NCBI GenBank assembly: GCA_030167865.1
Contig: JALAGF010005673.1
Location: forward strand, 1 to 61,575
Reading direction: 5' to 3'
DNA length: 61,575 nucleotides
Source: Craspedostauros australis
Taxonomy: Eukaryota
Part shown: in pieces, positions 43,586 through 55,448 of the stretch
How positions within the stretch are numbered: position 1 is the first letter of the stretch
Layout of the letters: each line of letters opens with the position of its first letter
Translations under genes and position numbers: made by a program
Notes under the pieces: generated by a model
Databases searched by the model: none
Told to the model about the DNA's origin: nothing
The model's input: the letters and a program-made list of their open reading frames with translations, nothing else

Positions 43586-44611
43586 ATGGGCTCCATCATG
43601 TCCCGATACACCACCTTGTTGGCTGGTTCCCTGTGTGGAGGATCCACACGAAAGCTCATCGCAGGATGGTGGTACGTGCAAGCAAACGAACAAACGGAAA
43701 TGGAGCACAGTGCAGCCCAGCTCAGCCCAGTAGGGTAGATCTCGTGGCGGTGGCGAGCTGGCCAGCGATACTTGGAGGAGTTTTCGAGATTCATGATGCC
43801 ATGGCTGTTGATGTGTTTGGCGTTTGCGGAGGTATCATGTGGTGTGATGTGATCCTCCAAACGATGATCGCGGATGATCACTCAATCATGTACTCATTCA
43901 ATTGTTCTCTCTTGCTCCACATTCTCAACGCATTTCTCCATCCAACAGGTATTCGATATTAGCAATGACGGCTGCGCTGATGGTGATGTCCTTTGCTGTG
44001 ATGGGATCCAGAGGCAACTCGGAGCTCTTTCTTTCCATCTGGTCCGCGTTGCTGTTGATGGCTCTCAGTATCGGGGGGACGATGATCATGAGGAAGTATC
44101 ACAATAGCATGGCAGTCGGCTTCTTCATGGGTGGGGTCGTTGCCATGTCCCAACTCTTCTTCTTCCTGGCGTTGCTGTAAGTTCCCACTTGGATCATCAC
44201 GTGGGACATGACGTGTGATCTGTGACGCGCCTGGTGAAAGCTGCGGCAATACAACCAGGTGCTGCAGGATGTTGTGTTTTGGCATCTGGTGACCCCCAAT
44301 CTCACACCAATCGTCTATGCTCCACTTCACTCCACTCCACCCTTCTCTGCAAACACCTTCGTTTGATGTCCGGTTCATGCAGTTACTTTGGACATTCCAA
44401 GGACCACACAATGTTCGGCGAGAGCCCCAAGGAAGAAATAGCGATGGCACTGCTGTCGCTGCTGCAGTGCTTCCTTCTTGGTTCGTTCGCGGCAATTCTT
44501 GGCGCCCACAGATCAGAAATCATGGACTCGTCGTTGACTCCTGGCATGGATCGTGCCATGAGCACTGACCAGAGCGAATCTTACGAGCCACCATTCCAAC
44601 GCAGACCGTAA
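43586..44611 (+). CDS. Small uncharacterised membrane protein (~4 TM); 3 exons, ~180 aa
   Basis: Exons 43586-43671, 43949-44176 and 44383-44611 join in frame through GT-AG introns; four hydrophobic stretches. Confidence 0.68.
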
Positions 44612-46068
44612 CTGCAACCGGGACTGTGCACGAGCGCGAATACGAGTGTGAACGCAGAATTCACAGGATGGGAAGGTGGTGCAATGCCAAACAGGTCAGG
44701 GTGATGGATGGATGGATAGATGGATTATCGAATGAATGAAATGAACAAGTACATGAAAAGAAGCAGGGAAAGAGATGGAACACGGACGTGATGAATCGGA
44801 GACTAGAGCTGGTGCACATGCACACTCCCCGTCTATTCCGAACAAGACCGATGGCCGTCGCACGCCATTGGAAACGAATGGAATCATGCGGGTGGAGCGG
44901 TGAATGGGAAGCCATTGCGTTGTATCATCGACGAAACTGTGAAAGGGGGAAGATGAGATGGTGGTCTTCGTGAGCGAAGGATGCACTGAATGCTGGGGAA
45001 ACAGCACGTGAGACGACTCAAAGTCTATTCTGTGGCGCTCTGTGTTACGATGTCGCATCGTGTGTCTATGATTGCCTTGGAGCCGACAACCCTGGCAACT
45101 TTGCGGACAAGGATCCATCGCCTTCGTTATACTCCCTCATATAGTATTCGCAATGAACGAGGACCAATGAGCATGGACGGATCGCAACAACGCCGCGCTT
45201 CTTGGATCGAATGGGACGGGCAACGCAACCTCACAGCAAAGCCAGATGAAACAGCACGTCGCACTTCTCCCAACGAGATTTGTTCACACTTTCAGGATTC
45301 CTGAGGAAAAGGCGCAATGCATTGCGCTGTAATGCCATGCAATGTGTTGGACCCTCATGTCTCTCTGTTGGCTACACCACAATAGGATGTTAATTTGTAA
45401 AGCTTAAGACTACTCAACGAACGCTCTCATCATGCCTGGTTGGTGAGAGTGGGTGGACAAAGTTGGCGCGATGAGGGAGACCCGGACTCGTGAGTCAACC
45501 GTGATTCGGCATTGTTTGTCAACACAACGAAACGGAAGTGTCGCATGCGACATGTCAGAACGCAATCGTGTGATAATCGAATCTCATTCGAAGATGTCGA
45601 ATGTGCTTCCCTTTGTTGAGTTTCAAATTTCGGCTCCATCGCGCACGACGCGCCACGGTGGCGCAGGCGCATCGACATGTTGATGTCGGCGGTCTTTCTG
45701 TCAAAGTGAGGACTTCTTGCCGCATTGGGGGCACACGCAGAGAGAGCGCGGCATGGGGCCATGCCATCATTCTCGGCAGAACAAATCCATCTTGCTACCA
45801 ACAGCACAAGAATTGAAAGGAAGAGCAATCTGAAGCACAAGGCGAGAACCTTCATTGCAATGAATGCGAGACATCAGTGATCACATCATATCGCATCATA
45901 TCAGATCAGATTGGGTAGGCGACTTCGTGTTCTGTCGACCATCACTGAAGCAGAAATTCAAGTAGCGCCCTGACGAACAGTAGTGATTCGCTACTGCTGC
46001 AAGGTCTGGCACACACAAGGAGAGCAAGCAAGAAAAACTCAGTTGGAGATTCCTCAGAGCAAGTCAGA

Positions 46069-46166
46069 ACAGGAGACGCATAATACGCATAAGTTGAAGA
46101 CACAACAGAAGACGGAAGATACAACAGGAGACACATAATACGCATAATACGCATAAGTTGAAGACA
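46069..46166. repeat. Imperfect ~34-bp direct duplication with internal CATAATACG repeats, just 5' of the CCCH-Smr gene
   Basis: acaggagacgcataatacgcataagttgaagaca (46069-46102) versus acaggagacacataatacgcataatacgcataagttgaagaca (46124-46166). Confidence 0.85.
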
Positions 46167-46186
46167 GAAGCAAAGAGGCACCTGTG

Positions 46187-48961
46187 ATGATGTCAACGAC
46201 AAGACCACGAGGCGCCTCGATCGCGGGAACGACGGTGAACACGTCGATCCCTTCTGCGGCCGCAAGAACCAGACCGCGGTCGTCGTCCGTGGCCAGCCTG
46301 GGACGCGTTCCGACGTACTCCGCGGCACTGGATATCGCCATCGACGCGTACGCCACGAGAGTCATCCAGCGCAACTCGCCGCCCGAATCCATGGTGGACA
46401 CGAGCCTGGGGCCTTACATCACGGCCGTGCTGCGTCGCGCCAACATGGACAACGAGCACGAGATTCAGAACATCCCGGAGTACGAATCGCTGCTGGAGCT
46501 GCTGCAGGATCAGTGCAACATGCCCAGCAAGACGGCGAAGGCGACGCTGGAGACGATCGCAAGGGCCATCTGCACGCACATCATCCCGGACGACACCCTC
46601 TACGGATCCTTCCAGTCCTTCCAGTCGCTCGGCGACGCTCTCAAGGAGGCAGCCGCGGAGGCACAGATTCTGGGATACAACAAGATCAACATCGTCAATG
46701 GAATCATGACGACGCCACCAGGCAAGGGAGCCATCCAGAGGGACGTGGCCTTTGCTGCGGGCATCATGACGACGCCCAACTCCAGGCACACTGGCAAGAC
46801 CATCACCACCGGTGGGGGTCACGATTCGCCTTCGCAGATTCCGCTGTCGCCGATGGCCGTCACGAGCACACCGTCGTCCCATCAAAGCATGGGCTGTTTG
46901 GACGTTGGAATCACCACGATCAATGGCATCATCGGCACTGCTGCCAACGGAACTCCCAGTGTCAATGACAACGCACGCAGAACCGCACACGAGCTCATTG
47001 ATCGCAACGAGGTCCTCCCCAGCGCCACGATTCGACCTTACACGCCCAATCCTGCTGGTGGACCCTCGCCATTGAAACCCGATGCGCTCATTCCTGTCGA
47101 TCTCCTCGGTGCTCTCGATGACCCCTCGCCTCACATTTCGCGGCATCGAAGTCGGTTGGATCAGGCGCGGGCGGAACAAGAGGCAGCGTTCCCACCGCTC
47201 GGAGCCGTCGTCGCTAGGGCATCCAGGAAGGCGGAAAAGGCATCGCGCGTCAAGAAAAATGGCGCTGCGTCCGCTTCTCCTGGCATGGATGCCTCCGCCA
47301 ATGCTACTGCCGGCAATGCAGCCAATGGACACAACGGTTCTGGAAAGAACAATGGCAAGGCATTGACCGTGATAGCCAACACTTCCGCCAACCACCTCTC
47401 CACTCCAAACAGCCAAACCTCCACGAAGAACAGCAACGCCGAAGCCAACAAGGACCTGGCTGCTGCGCTCTTCAAACCAGCACGACCGCGCCAGAACAGC
47501 ATCACGGAGTCCACAGCCACTGCCCCATCACCCGCCAAATCACCGATGGCGCCCGCGCCAAATACTGCAGCGGGATCATCCATGTCCTCCGGTCTTTCAA
47601 GCTCCATGAAGATGCACAACGACACCAGAACGTCTGCCCAAATTACGGGTTCCGCCTCCAATGGCAGTCTCAGCACCGCAGGCAGCGGGATCAGCGCCAC
47701 CATCGGAACTCCGGCTGATCAACCATCATCTTCATTCAACGGCGAGCGTTCTTCCAGTCCGCAACACCACAACTATCTTCAACACCAGCAGATGGGGTCG
47801 GCGGTCGACATGCTACTCACCATGAATCATGACCTGTGCGAGCAGGCTGCGAGGGACGTCGTCCAGCTCGTCAATGGAGACGTCAACGTCGCGCAGTACA
47901 TCATCAACGCGGCGTTGCACGCACCTCCCATCTGCCGTCACATGCTCCACGATGGTTGCTACCGAAGTGACTGCGCCTTCAGCCACGACGTCGAGGGACA
48001 CACATGCCTCTTCTGGCTGCGAGGACGCTGCGGCAAGGGCCCCAACTGCAAGTTCAAACACGGCTTCCATCACAAGCTCCTCGAGGGAATGAAAAAAGAG
48101 ATGCCCAACAACTCAACCCCTGGAATCAGGACCGTCCCGCTCAACTCGACAATGTCCTCTGGCGGCATCACTCCAACCATGTCATTATCATCCGCATCAA
48201 GACGGATTCCGACGACCACATCATCGACCCCGCCATCCGCATTTGCGAATCCGTACGCCTCGCCGCTGTTATCATCATCCGCACCGGCAGGTGGGGGCTT
48301 CTCTGCGGGATACGGTCTTCCATCTTCGGCAAACAGCCGCAGAGTACCTCCATCGTGGCAGACGCCACCGGTGAACAACAACGATGCATTCCCAACGTTG
48401 GGAGCAGCAAATAGCCAACCGAGTCCTGCGACCGCAAAGAACGGCGGACTTCGCTCCAAGGCTGGCTCGCAGAAATCATTCTCGTTCGCCAACATCGCAT
48501 CGAAGGGATACGATCGATCGAAGAAGTTCACAAACAATCCGAATCGAGGTGACTTTGCATCATCATCATCATCATCACCCGCCGCCACAATTCGTATCCC
48601 GCAGGATCTCTGGAATCCACATGAGAATCGTGACGCCTCTGCATTTTACATTGCCGATCCCATCGAGAGATACAACACGGTGGCCGCAACCGTCAAACGC
48701 GCCGACGTCATCGATCTGCACTTCCAATCGACCAAGACATTCCCCGTCGTACTGTCCAAGGTCCTGCCCGATAAGTTGTCGAGACGAAAGGAGGTGTGGA
48801 TCGTCACTGGCACTGGACATCATGTCGGCAGCAAGACACATCAGAAAGGCGGCGGTGCTCTCGAGCGTGCGGTCGCCGGGTGGCTGGAAGCGGAAGGATA
48901 TCGGTACAACCGCGGCAGAGATCGCAATGGTCTCGGCGGTGCGCTGATGGTAAAACGATAG
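46187..48961 (+). CDS. CCCH zinc-finger + Smr-domain protein (putative RNA endonuclease)
   Basis: Two CCCH fingers (CRHMLHDGCYRSDCAFSH; CLFWLRGRCGKGPNCKFKH). C-terminal Smr motifs IDLHFQ and WIVTGTGHH. Confidence 0.85.
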   Translation: MMSTTRPRGASIAGTTVNTSIPSAAARTRPRSSSVASLGRVPTYSAALDIAIDAYATRVIQRNSPPESMVDTSLGPYITAVLRRANMDNEHEIQNIPEYESLLELLQDQCNMPSKTAKATLETIARAICTHIIPDDTLYGSFQSFQSLGDALKEAAAEAQILGYNKINIVNGIMTTPPGKGAIQRDVAFAAGIMTTPNSRHTGKTITTGGGHDSPSQIPLSPMAVTSTPSSHQSMGCLDVGITTINGIIGTAANGTPSVNDNARRTAHELIDRNEVLPSATIRPYTPNPAGGPSPLKPDALIPVDLLGALDDPSPHISRHRSRLDQARAEQEAAFPPLGAVVARASRKAEKASRVKKNGAASASPGMDASANATAGNAANGHNGSGKNNGKALTVIANTSANHLSTPNSQTSTKNSNAEANKDLAAALFKPARPRQNSITESTATAPSPAKSPMAPAPNTAAGSSMSSGLSSSMKMHNDTRTSAQITGSASNGSLSTAGSGISATIGTPADQPSSSFNGERSSSPQHHNYLQHQQMGSAVDMLLTMNHDLCEQAARDVVQLVNGDVNVAQYIINAALHAPPICRHMLHDGCYRSDCAFSHDVEGHTCLFWLRGRCGKGPNCKFKHGFHHKLLEGMKKEMPNNSTPGIRTVPLNSTMSSGGITPTMSLSSASRRIPTTTSSTPPSAFANPYASPLLSSSAPAGGGFSAGYGLPSSANSRRVPPSWQTPPVNNNDAFPTLGAANSQPSPATAKNGGLRSKAGSQKSFSFANIASKGYDRSKKFTNNPNRGDFASSSSSSPAATIRIPQDLWNPHENRDASAFYIADPIERYNTVAATVKRADVIDLHFQSTKTFPVVLSKVLPDKLSRRKEVWIVTGTGHHVGSKTHQKGGGALERAVAGWLEAEGYRYNRGRDRNGLGGALMVKR

Positions 48962-49097
48962 CAGTAGGATGCCCATTGGATTGCAAGTGCAACGTGAACT
49001 ACTGTATTGAAATCAAAAGCTCTACTTGATTGGATTGTATGGTGAAAGTTACTTGGTGTCTTGGAATACTTCTGCAGCGCTCTGCAATGTTTGCACA

Positions 49098-52000
49098 TCA
49101 AAACATGACGGGCTTGTCCTTGGTTTGTTGGAAGGTGTTGGTGCTGCCTATGGCGCGCTTCAGCGATCCCATGATGTTGTCTTGCGACTTCACACGGCGT
49201 TGACGGATCTTGCTTTCGATGCGCCGACTGAATTCTTTCATCATCGTGGCGTGCACATCTTCGTTGATGTAGCTCTTCTCCTGTGCCCAGTCCAGAAGAT
49301 TGGCCATCTCCGTTTCCACGCCAATGTTCTCGTTCGCCGATCGATGCAGCATGATGGCGGCATCTCTCTTGCGATGCACGTGTAACGTGCAGGCATCCTG
49401 ACGCCATGGTTCGCCATCGATCTGGACTGGATTCTTGCGTTTCATCACGATGCGCGCCTCGCGGCATTGGCAGAGACGGTTGGCGTGGCTGAGACCCACA
49501 CGGATCTGGCCCAGATGGAAGGTCCCGCGCACGGTCACAATGTCCAGCAGTCCATCCTGACAGCTACTGGGGCGTTCGCAGGATGTCACGTGGTGGTATC
49601 GCTCCTCCTCGCTCAGATCGAGGTACCGGAGGTCTTCGAAGCTATCGATTCGGTCGAAGGCGGAGTTGCGCTTGGGGATCTTGCCAATCGAACCCAGGCT
49701 CCAAGAACGCTTCAACTGTCCACGGCGATCGACCTTTTGCTGCTGCTGTTGCGGCTGGTGCAACTTGGTGGCAGTGGCCCATAGCGGCATGCCGCCAGCG
49801 TAAGAGTCGATGTTGAGCATGATGATACCCTGCGAGTCCGGAGGCAAGGGAACTTCCACTCCATCCGCAAACAGCTGGATGTCGTAGGGCAGATTGATTG
49901 ATGTTGCCTTGATGGCCTCCTCGGCACCAAAGAGTCCGTACCACACCTTGTTGATGAGCCTCGAGAAGAAGAGTTGCGGTTTGCTCTCCCGTAGCTGTTG
50001 AGACACAAGGGAGTAGCATTATCCATGGTGATCGGAGTGTATGCAGTAATAAATATGGCAACAGACAAGAGTGAGGATGACGATGGACATGGATACGCGC
50101 AAAGCCACGAGTGAACGGACGAGCACAATGCAGCAGACTATCATTTTGTCCATTCGTGCTGACGCGAAAGAAGCAAGAGTTGATCGCGCATTCATATCAT
50201 GCATGGCACCCTCCCGTACGAGTGCGATGGCGCAATGCAGATACTTACCATGTGGACTTGAAGCACATTTTGCGCGTCTGCGCCAACCCCCATGTAATTG
50301 AAGAATGACTTGACCGACTTGACCTTGCCTTTCTTGTTGACGATCGACACCTCCCAACGATCGAGCCAAGACACGTAGCTGTCATTGACCTGATCCAAAA
50401 TATCGATCAAGGAATCATTGTTGTATCCGCCACCCCAGCCATGGATCCTGGCAAGGTCGTTGCCGGTACCCAATGGCAGAATCGCAATGGGAGGCCAACG
50501 CGGTAGATTCATGCCCTCGATACTGCTGACCACCCAACTCACAGTGCCGTCTCCGCCGCACACCATGATGCGGAGGCGTGTGAAGCACGAGAAGGATTCC
50601 AGGACGGTTTCTGGTCCGCCGTTTGCCAAATCCCAAACCTGGATGGGATTGAGCAGGCCCTTCAATTGGTTGAGTAGGAGATGGCCCTGCTGTGCACCAG
50701 AGCGCGAGTTGACAAAGACTAGCAGGGGCGTCCAGGATGGGTCGGGCAAAAAGTCATCCCCGATGATGTATCCATTCTTATCCGGAACAGGCACCTCCAC
50801 TGCCATCTGGCGCAATGCTTGCTTGGAGGAAGCCGGTTCGAAGTAGTATCCCGACGAATCTCGGTATTCACCGTTGGACGTGCTGTGGATTTGAGGTGCT
50901 GGTTCTTCCGCAACCTCGTGTCCCACAAGCTTGAGTTTGAGGGGCTTGCCAGAGCGGTAGCTTTGCAGCGCGTCCTTGGATTTGGTGAGGTTGGGCATCT
51001 TTGGACGTGGAAGATGAGCGGAACGCGATGTCGCCCTTTCGGCTGGCAAAGACGCAGCAGAAGAGGACTGGCTCCCTTCCTCATCTGATGGAGTTTGGTA
51101 CCAACTGCGGATGCTGGATGGTGGTGCTTGGTCTTCTGCCGTGGGTGTCGTGGGTGGAGTCGTTGTTCCATGCGTTCCTGGTGGTGCAGCTGGGGTATCC
51201 ATGTTTGTATTTGCACTTGCATTTGTGGTTGCTGTCTCGTTAACAATCGCGGAGTGATAGTAAGCGTCGACGAATGCACCAGTCTTCTTCTCCTCCTCCT
51301 GACTCCAGAAGTGGTAATCACCGTCAAGGGACAAAGAATCCAAGCTACGGTTGGCCCTCGTGTCAACTGTATCATTTTCATCATCCATCGTGGTTTGCAG
51401 CACGGTTGGTATGGGACTATCTTTGTTGAGGGACGCCTTTTCACTCTGCTTGGCCTTGCTGCGTTGCACAGCTGACGATGCATCTGATGCTCGGCCCGAT
51501 ACAGTGGCTGTCGCACTTGTTGTTGCAGACACGGGTGCAGATTGACTTGGCTTCGAGTCTCGCCGAGTCGACACTGTCTGAAGGCTGACAATGTCCGATT
51601 CGTCATCATCAATGTCGTCGTCAACGCCAGCATTGTCCGACGATTGCGTTTGCGGTTGACGGCGTCTGATGCAGGCCTGCAGCCAGTTCATGATGAAATC
51701 CCCCGTCGCCATGTAATCATACTTGAGGAAGGACACGACGAGCATCGCGAAGTGGCGCATGTAATTCACAAGCCGATTGACAGGATGATCCTCATCATCG
51801 ATCTCTTTCTTCTTTGCGCTGTCATTGCTGGCTTTCTTCGATTCCTTGTCCCGCAGCTTGTTGATGCGCAAGAGCAGCAGCTGCTGCTGGGTCCTCGCCA
51901 CCAGCTTGCAGTTGGGTGGCAGAACGAGCTTTTTGTATCCGGAATTGAGAATGGACGGCCAGTTCTTTTCAAACTTCTCTTCCTCCGTCTCCTCGTCATC

Positions 52001-52501
52001 TTCGAAGCATTCACCGGATGGCAGGAACCGGTTGAAGTGCTCCTCGCCCTCCGAATGCGTTCGCATGGTCCTGCGAGCGTTGTGCTCGTCCGCATCGTGA
52101 CGATGGTCGGTAAGGAAGGCATGATTCATAAAGCCATGAAAGGATGAGACTCTCCTGGTGCGATACGTGCGACGCATCCACGAACTGTGCTTCTTGAAGT
52201 TGCGCTTGAGCTTGGCGCGGCCGTAGATCAAGTAGTACAGCACGGTGGCGACCGCAATCGTGATGGTGAGCTTCTGCATGTCCAACCAAAAGAGTCCCTC
52301 CGTCTCTCTCCAACGCTTGAGGAAGGGAAAGATGGTGTTGATGAAGACGTCGGCGTCATGCACGATGCTGTCGACGTCGTTGCGGATGTCCTCGTAGATG
52401 ATCTCCGCCGCCGTCTGCACCAGCTGCTCCACCGCCTCGATGAGCTCCTCATCCTCCTGCAGGGCCTCCGCGGAGGTCTCCACGTCCGTCAGAACGCTCA
52501 T
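49098..52501 (-). CDS. Diacylglycerol kinase with N-terminal TM segment; 2 exons, ~1049 aa
   Basis: Exons 52501-50249 and 49994-49098. Motifs LLVFVNSRSG, CGGDGTV, LPLGTGNDLAR, NYMGVGADA, NIDSYAGG, QIDGEPW. Confidence 0.92.
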
Positions 52502-53254
52502 ACTGTCGTTGCTGTTGCTTCTGTCGCTGCTTTTCGTGCTTGTCTTCTTGGGCTCGTTGCGCTATGCAGCCCACCCACACTCCGTCGCTCAGACACAGCA
52601 ACAGCCGCAGGTCCAAAGTCACCCGTAGTTGAAACTGATGACAGCTGGCGTCAACGGACCTGAGCTGAACTGCAAGGTTAGCGCAGCAAAAGGAAAGCAA
52701 GTCTCACAATCGCACCGCTCGTTGTCGTTTGTGCGGTGCGCACGCAAAGTAGAGCAGAGTAGAATAGGAGTCGTATCTGAAAACAAGTCTGAAATGACTG
52801 TGTCTCGGAGTTGCATCCGGCTTGGTTTCATAAACTCTCTCTCTCTCTCTGCTTGCCTTCGTTTGAATCGAAACACTGCGACGACGGTTTGATGCCCTCC
52901 CGATGGCTGCTTCACCACATGAACGGGAGGTTCCTACTTGTGATTGCAGACAGAGCTGCGCAGAGGGTGGAGATGTTGAAGATCAAACCCGAGAGCTGAG
53001 CTGAGAGCAGAGTGGGGCAACGTGGTCTCGCCACTTTTGTGGCAATTGCGTGTTTTCTGACAGTCTCCCACCGAAGTTCACGAAATGGAAATAGGGGAAC
53101 AAAACGAGAACGAGCAAGCGAAGTTTTTGCGTGGAGAGAATGCACCCGTTGCTCTGCATACACGACTGCTTCAGTACATTGTGAGAACCAGAACAACCTA
53201 TTCTCGGATGAAGTGACAGACCGTATCCACGACTAAACGTCATTCCCGCCATTT

Positions 53255-55042
53255 TTACGCGAACGCGACAGACACGACACCGTGTTTGTCCACGATGAAC
53301 GGATCAACCGCGACCACCTTCCAGTCGTCCTTCTCTTCGTGCAGCCCCGCTATGGACAGCGAGTGAGCATGCAAGCACATGCGCGAGGAATCTGACGATC
53401 TTCGACCTGCTGCGTTGCTGTTGTTCTGGGTGGTGGAATTCGACATTGCTTCATCTTCCTGCCGCACATTTTGGTAGGTGGCATCACCCAGAATGGGATG
53501 TCCGATCAACGCGGTATGCACCCGCAGCTGGTGCCGCCGTCCCGTTCTTGGAAAGAGTTCCACCTTCGTCACGGAACGACCATCGATCTCGCCTTCATGC
53601 ACGATCCTGCACTTCGTGAGTGAAGGCTTGTAATCCAACCGATCGCTTCCCTTCAATCTATCGAGCTGCGGCATTGAAATGAGCTGGTCCGTCGCCATCC
53701 CTTTTTGTTGCATCGTGTCGAGTTCGGGATGTACTTTCATTTCAAACACATCTCCGTCTTGTCCCAAAGATGCGGCGACATAAAACGTGTCCTGGTCGTT
53801 GGCATCGCTGCGAAATAGGGTGGGAAACGATGATGGTTCGGTTGCGCTGGCGTTGGCATTGACATTGGTTGCATCTTCTATTCTCTGCTTCAGGATTTGG
53901 TTGTGCTTGTCGGCTGCGGTTGCAAACGCCACTTTCCAGGAAGGGTCATGCTGTATCAATTCCTTCCACTTCAAAGCCATGCAAGTATCTTCGGGGATGT
54001 CTTGCACGGACTTCCATATCTCGGTCCAATCGTCATCGGATAGCAGGGGCTGTTGCTGAGACGCGGAAGATTGTCGTCTGCGTTTCTTTCCGACGTTGAC
54101 GTGATCATTCTGCGCTGAAGAGGCTGTTTGTCTGTCCCCCAGTTGCTGTTGCTGTTGCTGCTGCTGCGCCTTCTTCTTCCTCCTCTTCTGGACCACGGAC
54201 TTCCATTTGTTGAACAGAGCATGCTGTGGTAGAAAGCCTTGAAACGTATCCTTCTTGCGATTATGCCGCGACCGCCGGTACGTGGATTCGATCTGCGCCA
54301 ACGTGCTCTCGATCTGCGATTCGGGCACCACTTCGAGCCTGGACACAAAGTCGCGTTGGAATATGTGTCCCTCAAGCAGGGCCAGGTACGTCTTGGAGAC
54401 GCGACGACTCTCAAAGGCTCGCATGGCCTGCGATGCGGAGATCTGACTGCGTGCGACGAGCAGCACGCCGGACGTCGCGTAGTCCAACTGATGGCAGGGA
54501 CGCAACGCGTTGTCGTTGAGGTCGTTGTGCTGATGCAACTGTTGAACTTCGGCGAGCAGGTGCTTCGATTGTTCCGGCGTCGATAGAGTGTCGTAATGCG
54601 CGGGTAGTCTCTGCATCAGCGATGGGGTCGGATACCAATACGTGAGCAATTTGTGAACCGTCGATGGGTACTTGCCGTCCATTCGCAAATCGGCTGGTTT
54701 GTTGAGCACCAAGTAGTTGGAGGATTCGTACAGGATGTTCTTGTCTTGGGAGACTATCGTCAGGAGATCGGACAGTGAGCATCGATCTGGCGATCCCCAG
54801 CACGGATTGTCGATGATGGCATCCATCTGCTCTGAATGAGTAGTGACTGCCTCTTTTGTTGGTGTTGCGAATGTCGGCTGTGTGAAACTGCGGGGCCACG
54901 ACCGTGTTTGGGTGTTTGCTCGTTCGGAGATCAGTCGTCCACCCGACAGCGAAGACGCCGACGTGGCCCACAGCTTTGATAGACGGAGTCTCGATCTGGA
55001 GACCACTGTGGTGGGAACACGAGCAACTCTCACGTGGAACAT
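53255..55042 (-). CDS. RluA-family RNA pseudouridine synthase with putative organellar presequence
   Basis: LNKPADL, catalytic HQLDYATSGVLL, KTYLA, TGRRHQLRVH, GHPILGDATY, RMCLHA. First in-frame ATG is at 55042. Confidence 0.9.
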   Translation of the reverse strand: MFHVRVARVPTTVVSRSRLRLSKLWATSASSLSGGRLISERANTQTRSWPRSFTQPTFATPTKEAVTTHSEQMDAIIDNPCWGSPDRCSLSDLLTIVSQDKNILYESSNYLVLNKPADLRMDGKYPSTVHKLLTYWYPTPSLMQRLPAHYDTLSTPEQSKHLLAEVQQLHQHNDLNDNALRPCHQLDYATSGVLLVARSQISASQAMRAFESRRVSKTYLALLEGHIFQRDFVSRLEVVPESQIESTLAQIESTYRRSRHNRKKDTFQGFLPQHALFNKWKSVVQKRRKKKAQQQQQQQQLGDRQTASSAQNDHVNVGKKRRRQSSASQQQPLLSDDDWTEIWKSVQDIPEDTCMALKWKELIQHDPSWKVAFATAADKHNQILKQRIEDATNVNANASATEPSSFPTLFRSDANDQDTFYVAASLGQDGDVFEMKVHPELDTMQQKGMATDQLISMPQLDRLKGSDRLDYKPSLTKCRIVHEGEIDGRSVTKVELFPRTGRRHQLRVHTALIGHPILGDATYQNVRQEDEAMSNSTTQNNSNAAGRRSSDSSRMCLHAHSLSIAGLHEEKDDWKVVAVDPFIVDKHGVVSVAFA

Positions 55043-55448
55043 ACCGATGATCACATGAGTGGGCACTCCCTGCTCGTGTTCAAGTTGATGGTTCAGGTTA
55101 GTTGCGCAGTGTTGCTATTTGGCGTTGGTGTTGGCGTTGATGCGTCTTGTGTCGGCGATGATGTGTTGATGTGTTGATGTGTTTTGTGGTCCGCTGAATC
55201 GTGTCCATCGGATTTGGGAATGGCAACACAAACTCGAAACGTGTCACATCAATTGTTCTCTTTGGCGAAGGGTTGGCACACACGTCTGCCGCCAACATCT
55301 CCGAGCTGCGACGTGTGCACGAGTACGCGTGTGATGTCCGCATCAACATCAACATCAACATGGGAGAGCAGTAGCAACAAGGATGTGAATGAGGGCGTGA
55401 AGAATCGCGTCCACGCATCTTGATACCAAACTTTCGCCAATTGTGACG

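Noticed and set aside
46193..47416. 407-aa antisense ORF, and similar ones at 50719-51633, 32139-33044 and 21334-22176
   Set aside because: They overlap well-supported genes in other frames or strands and have no domain signatures.
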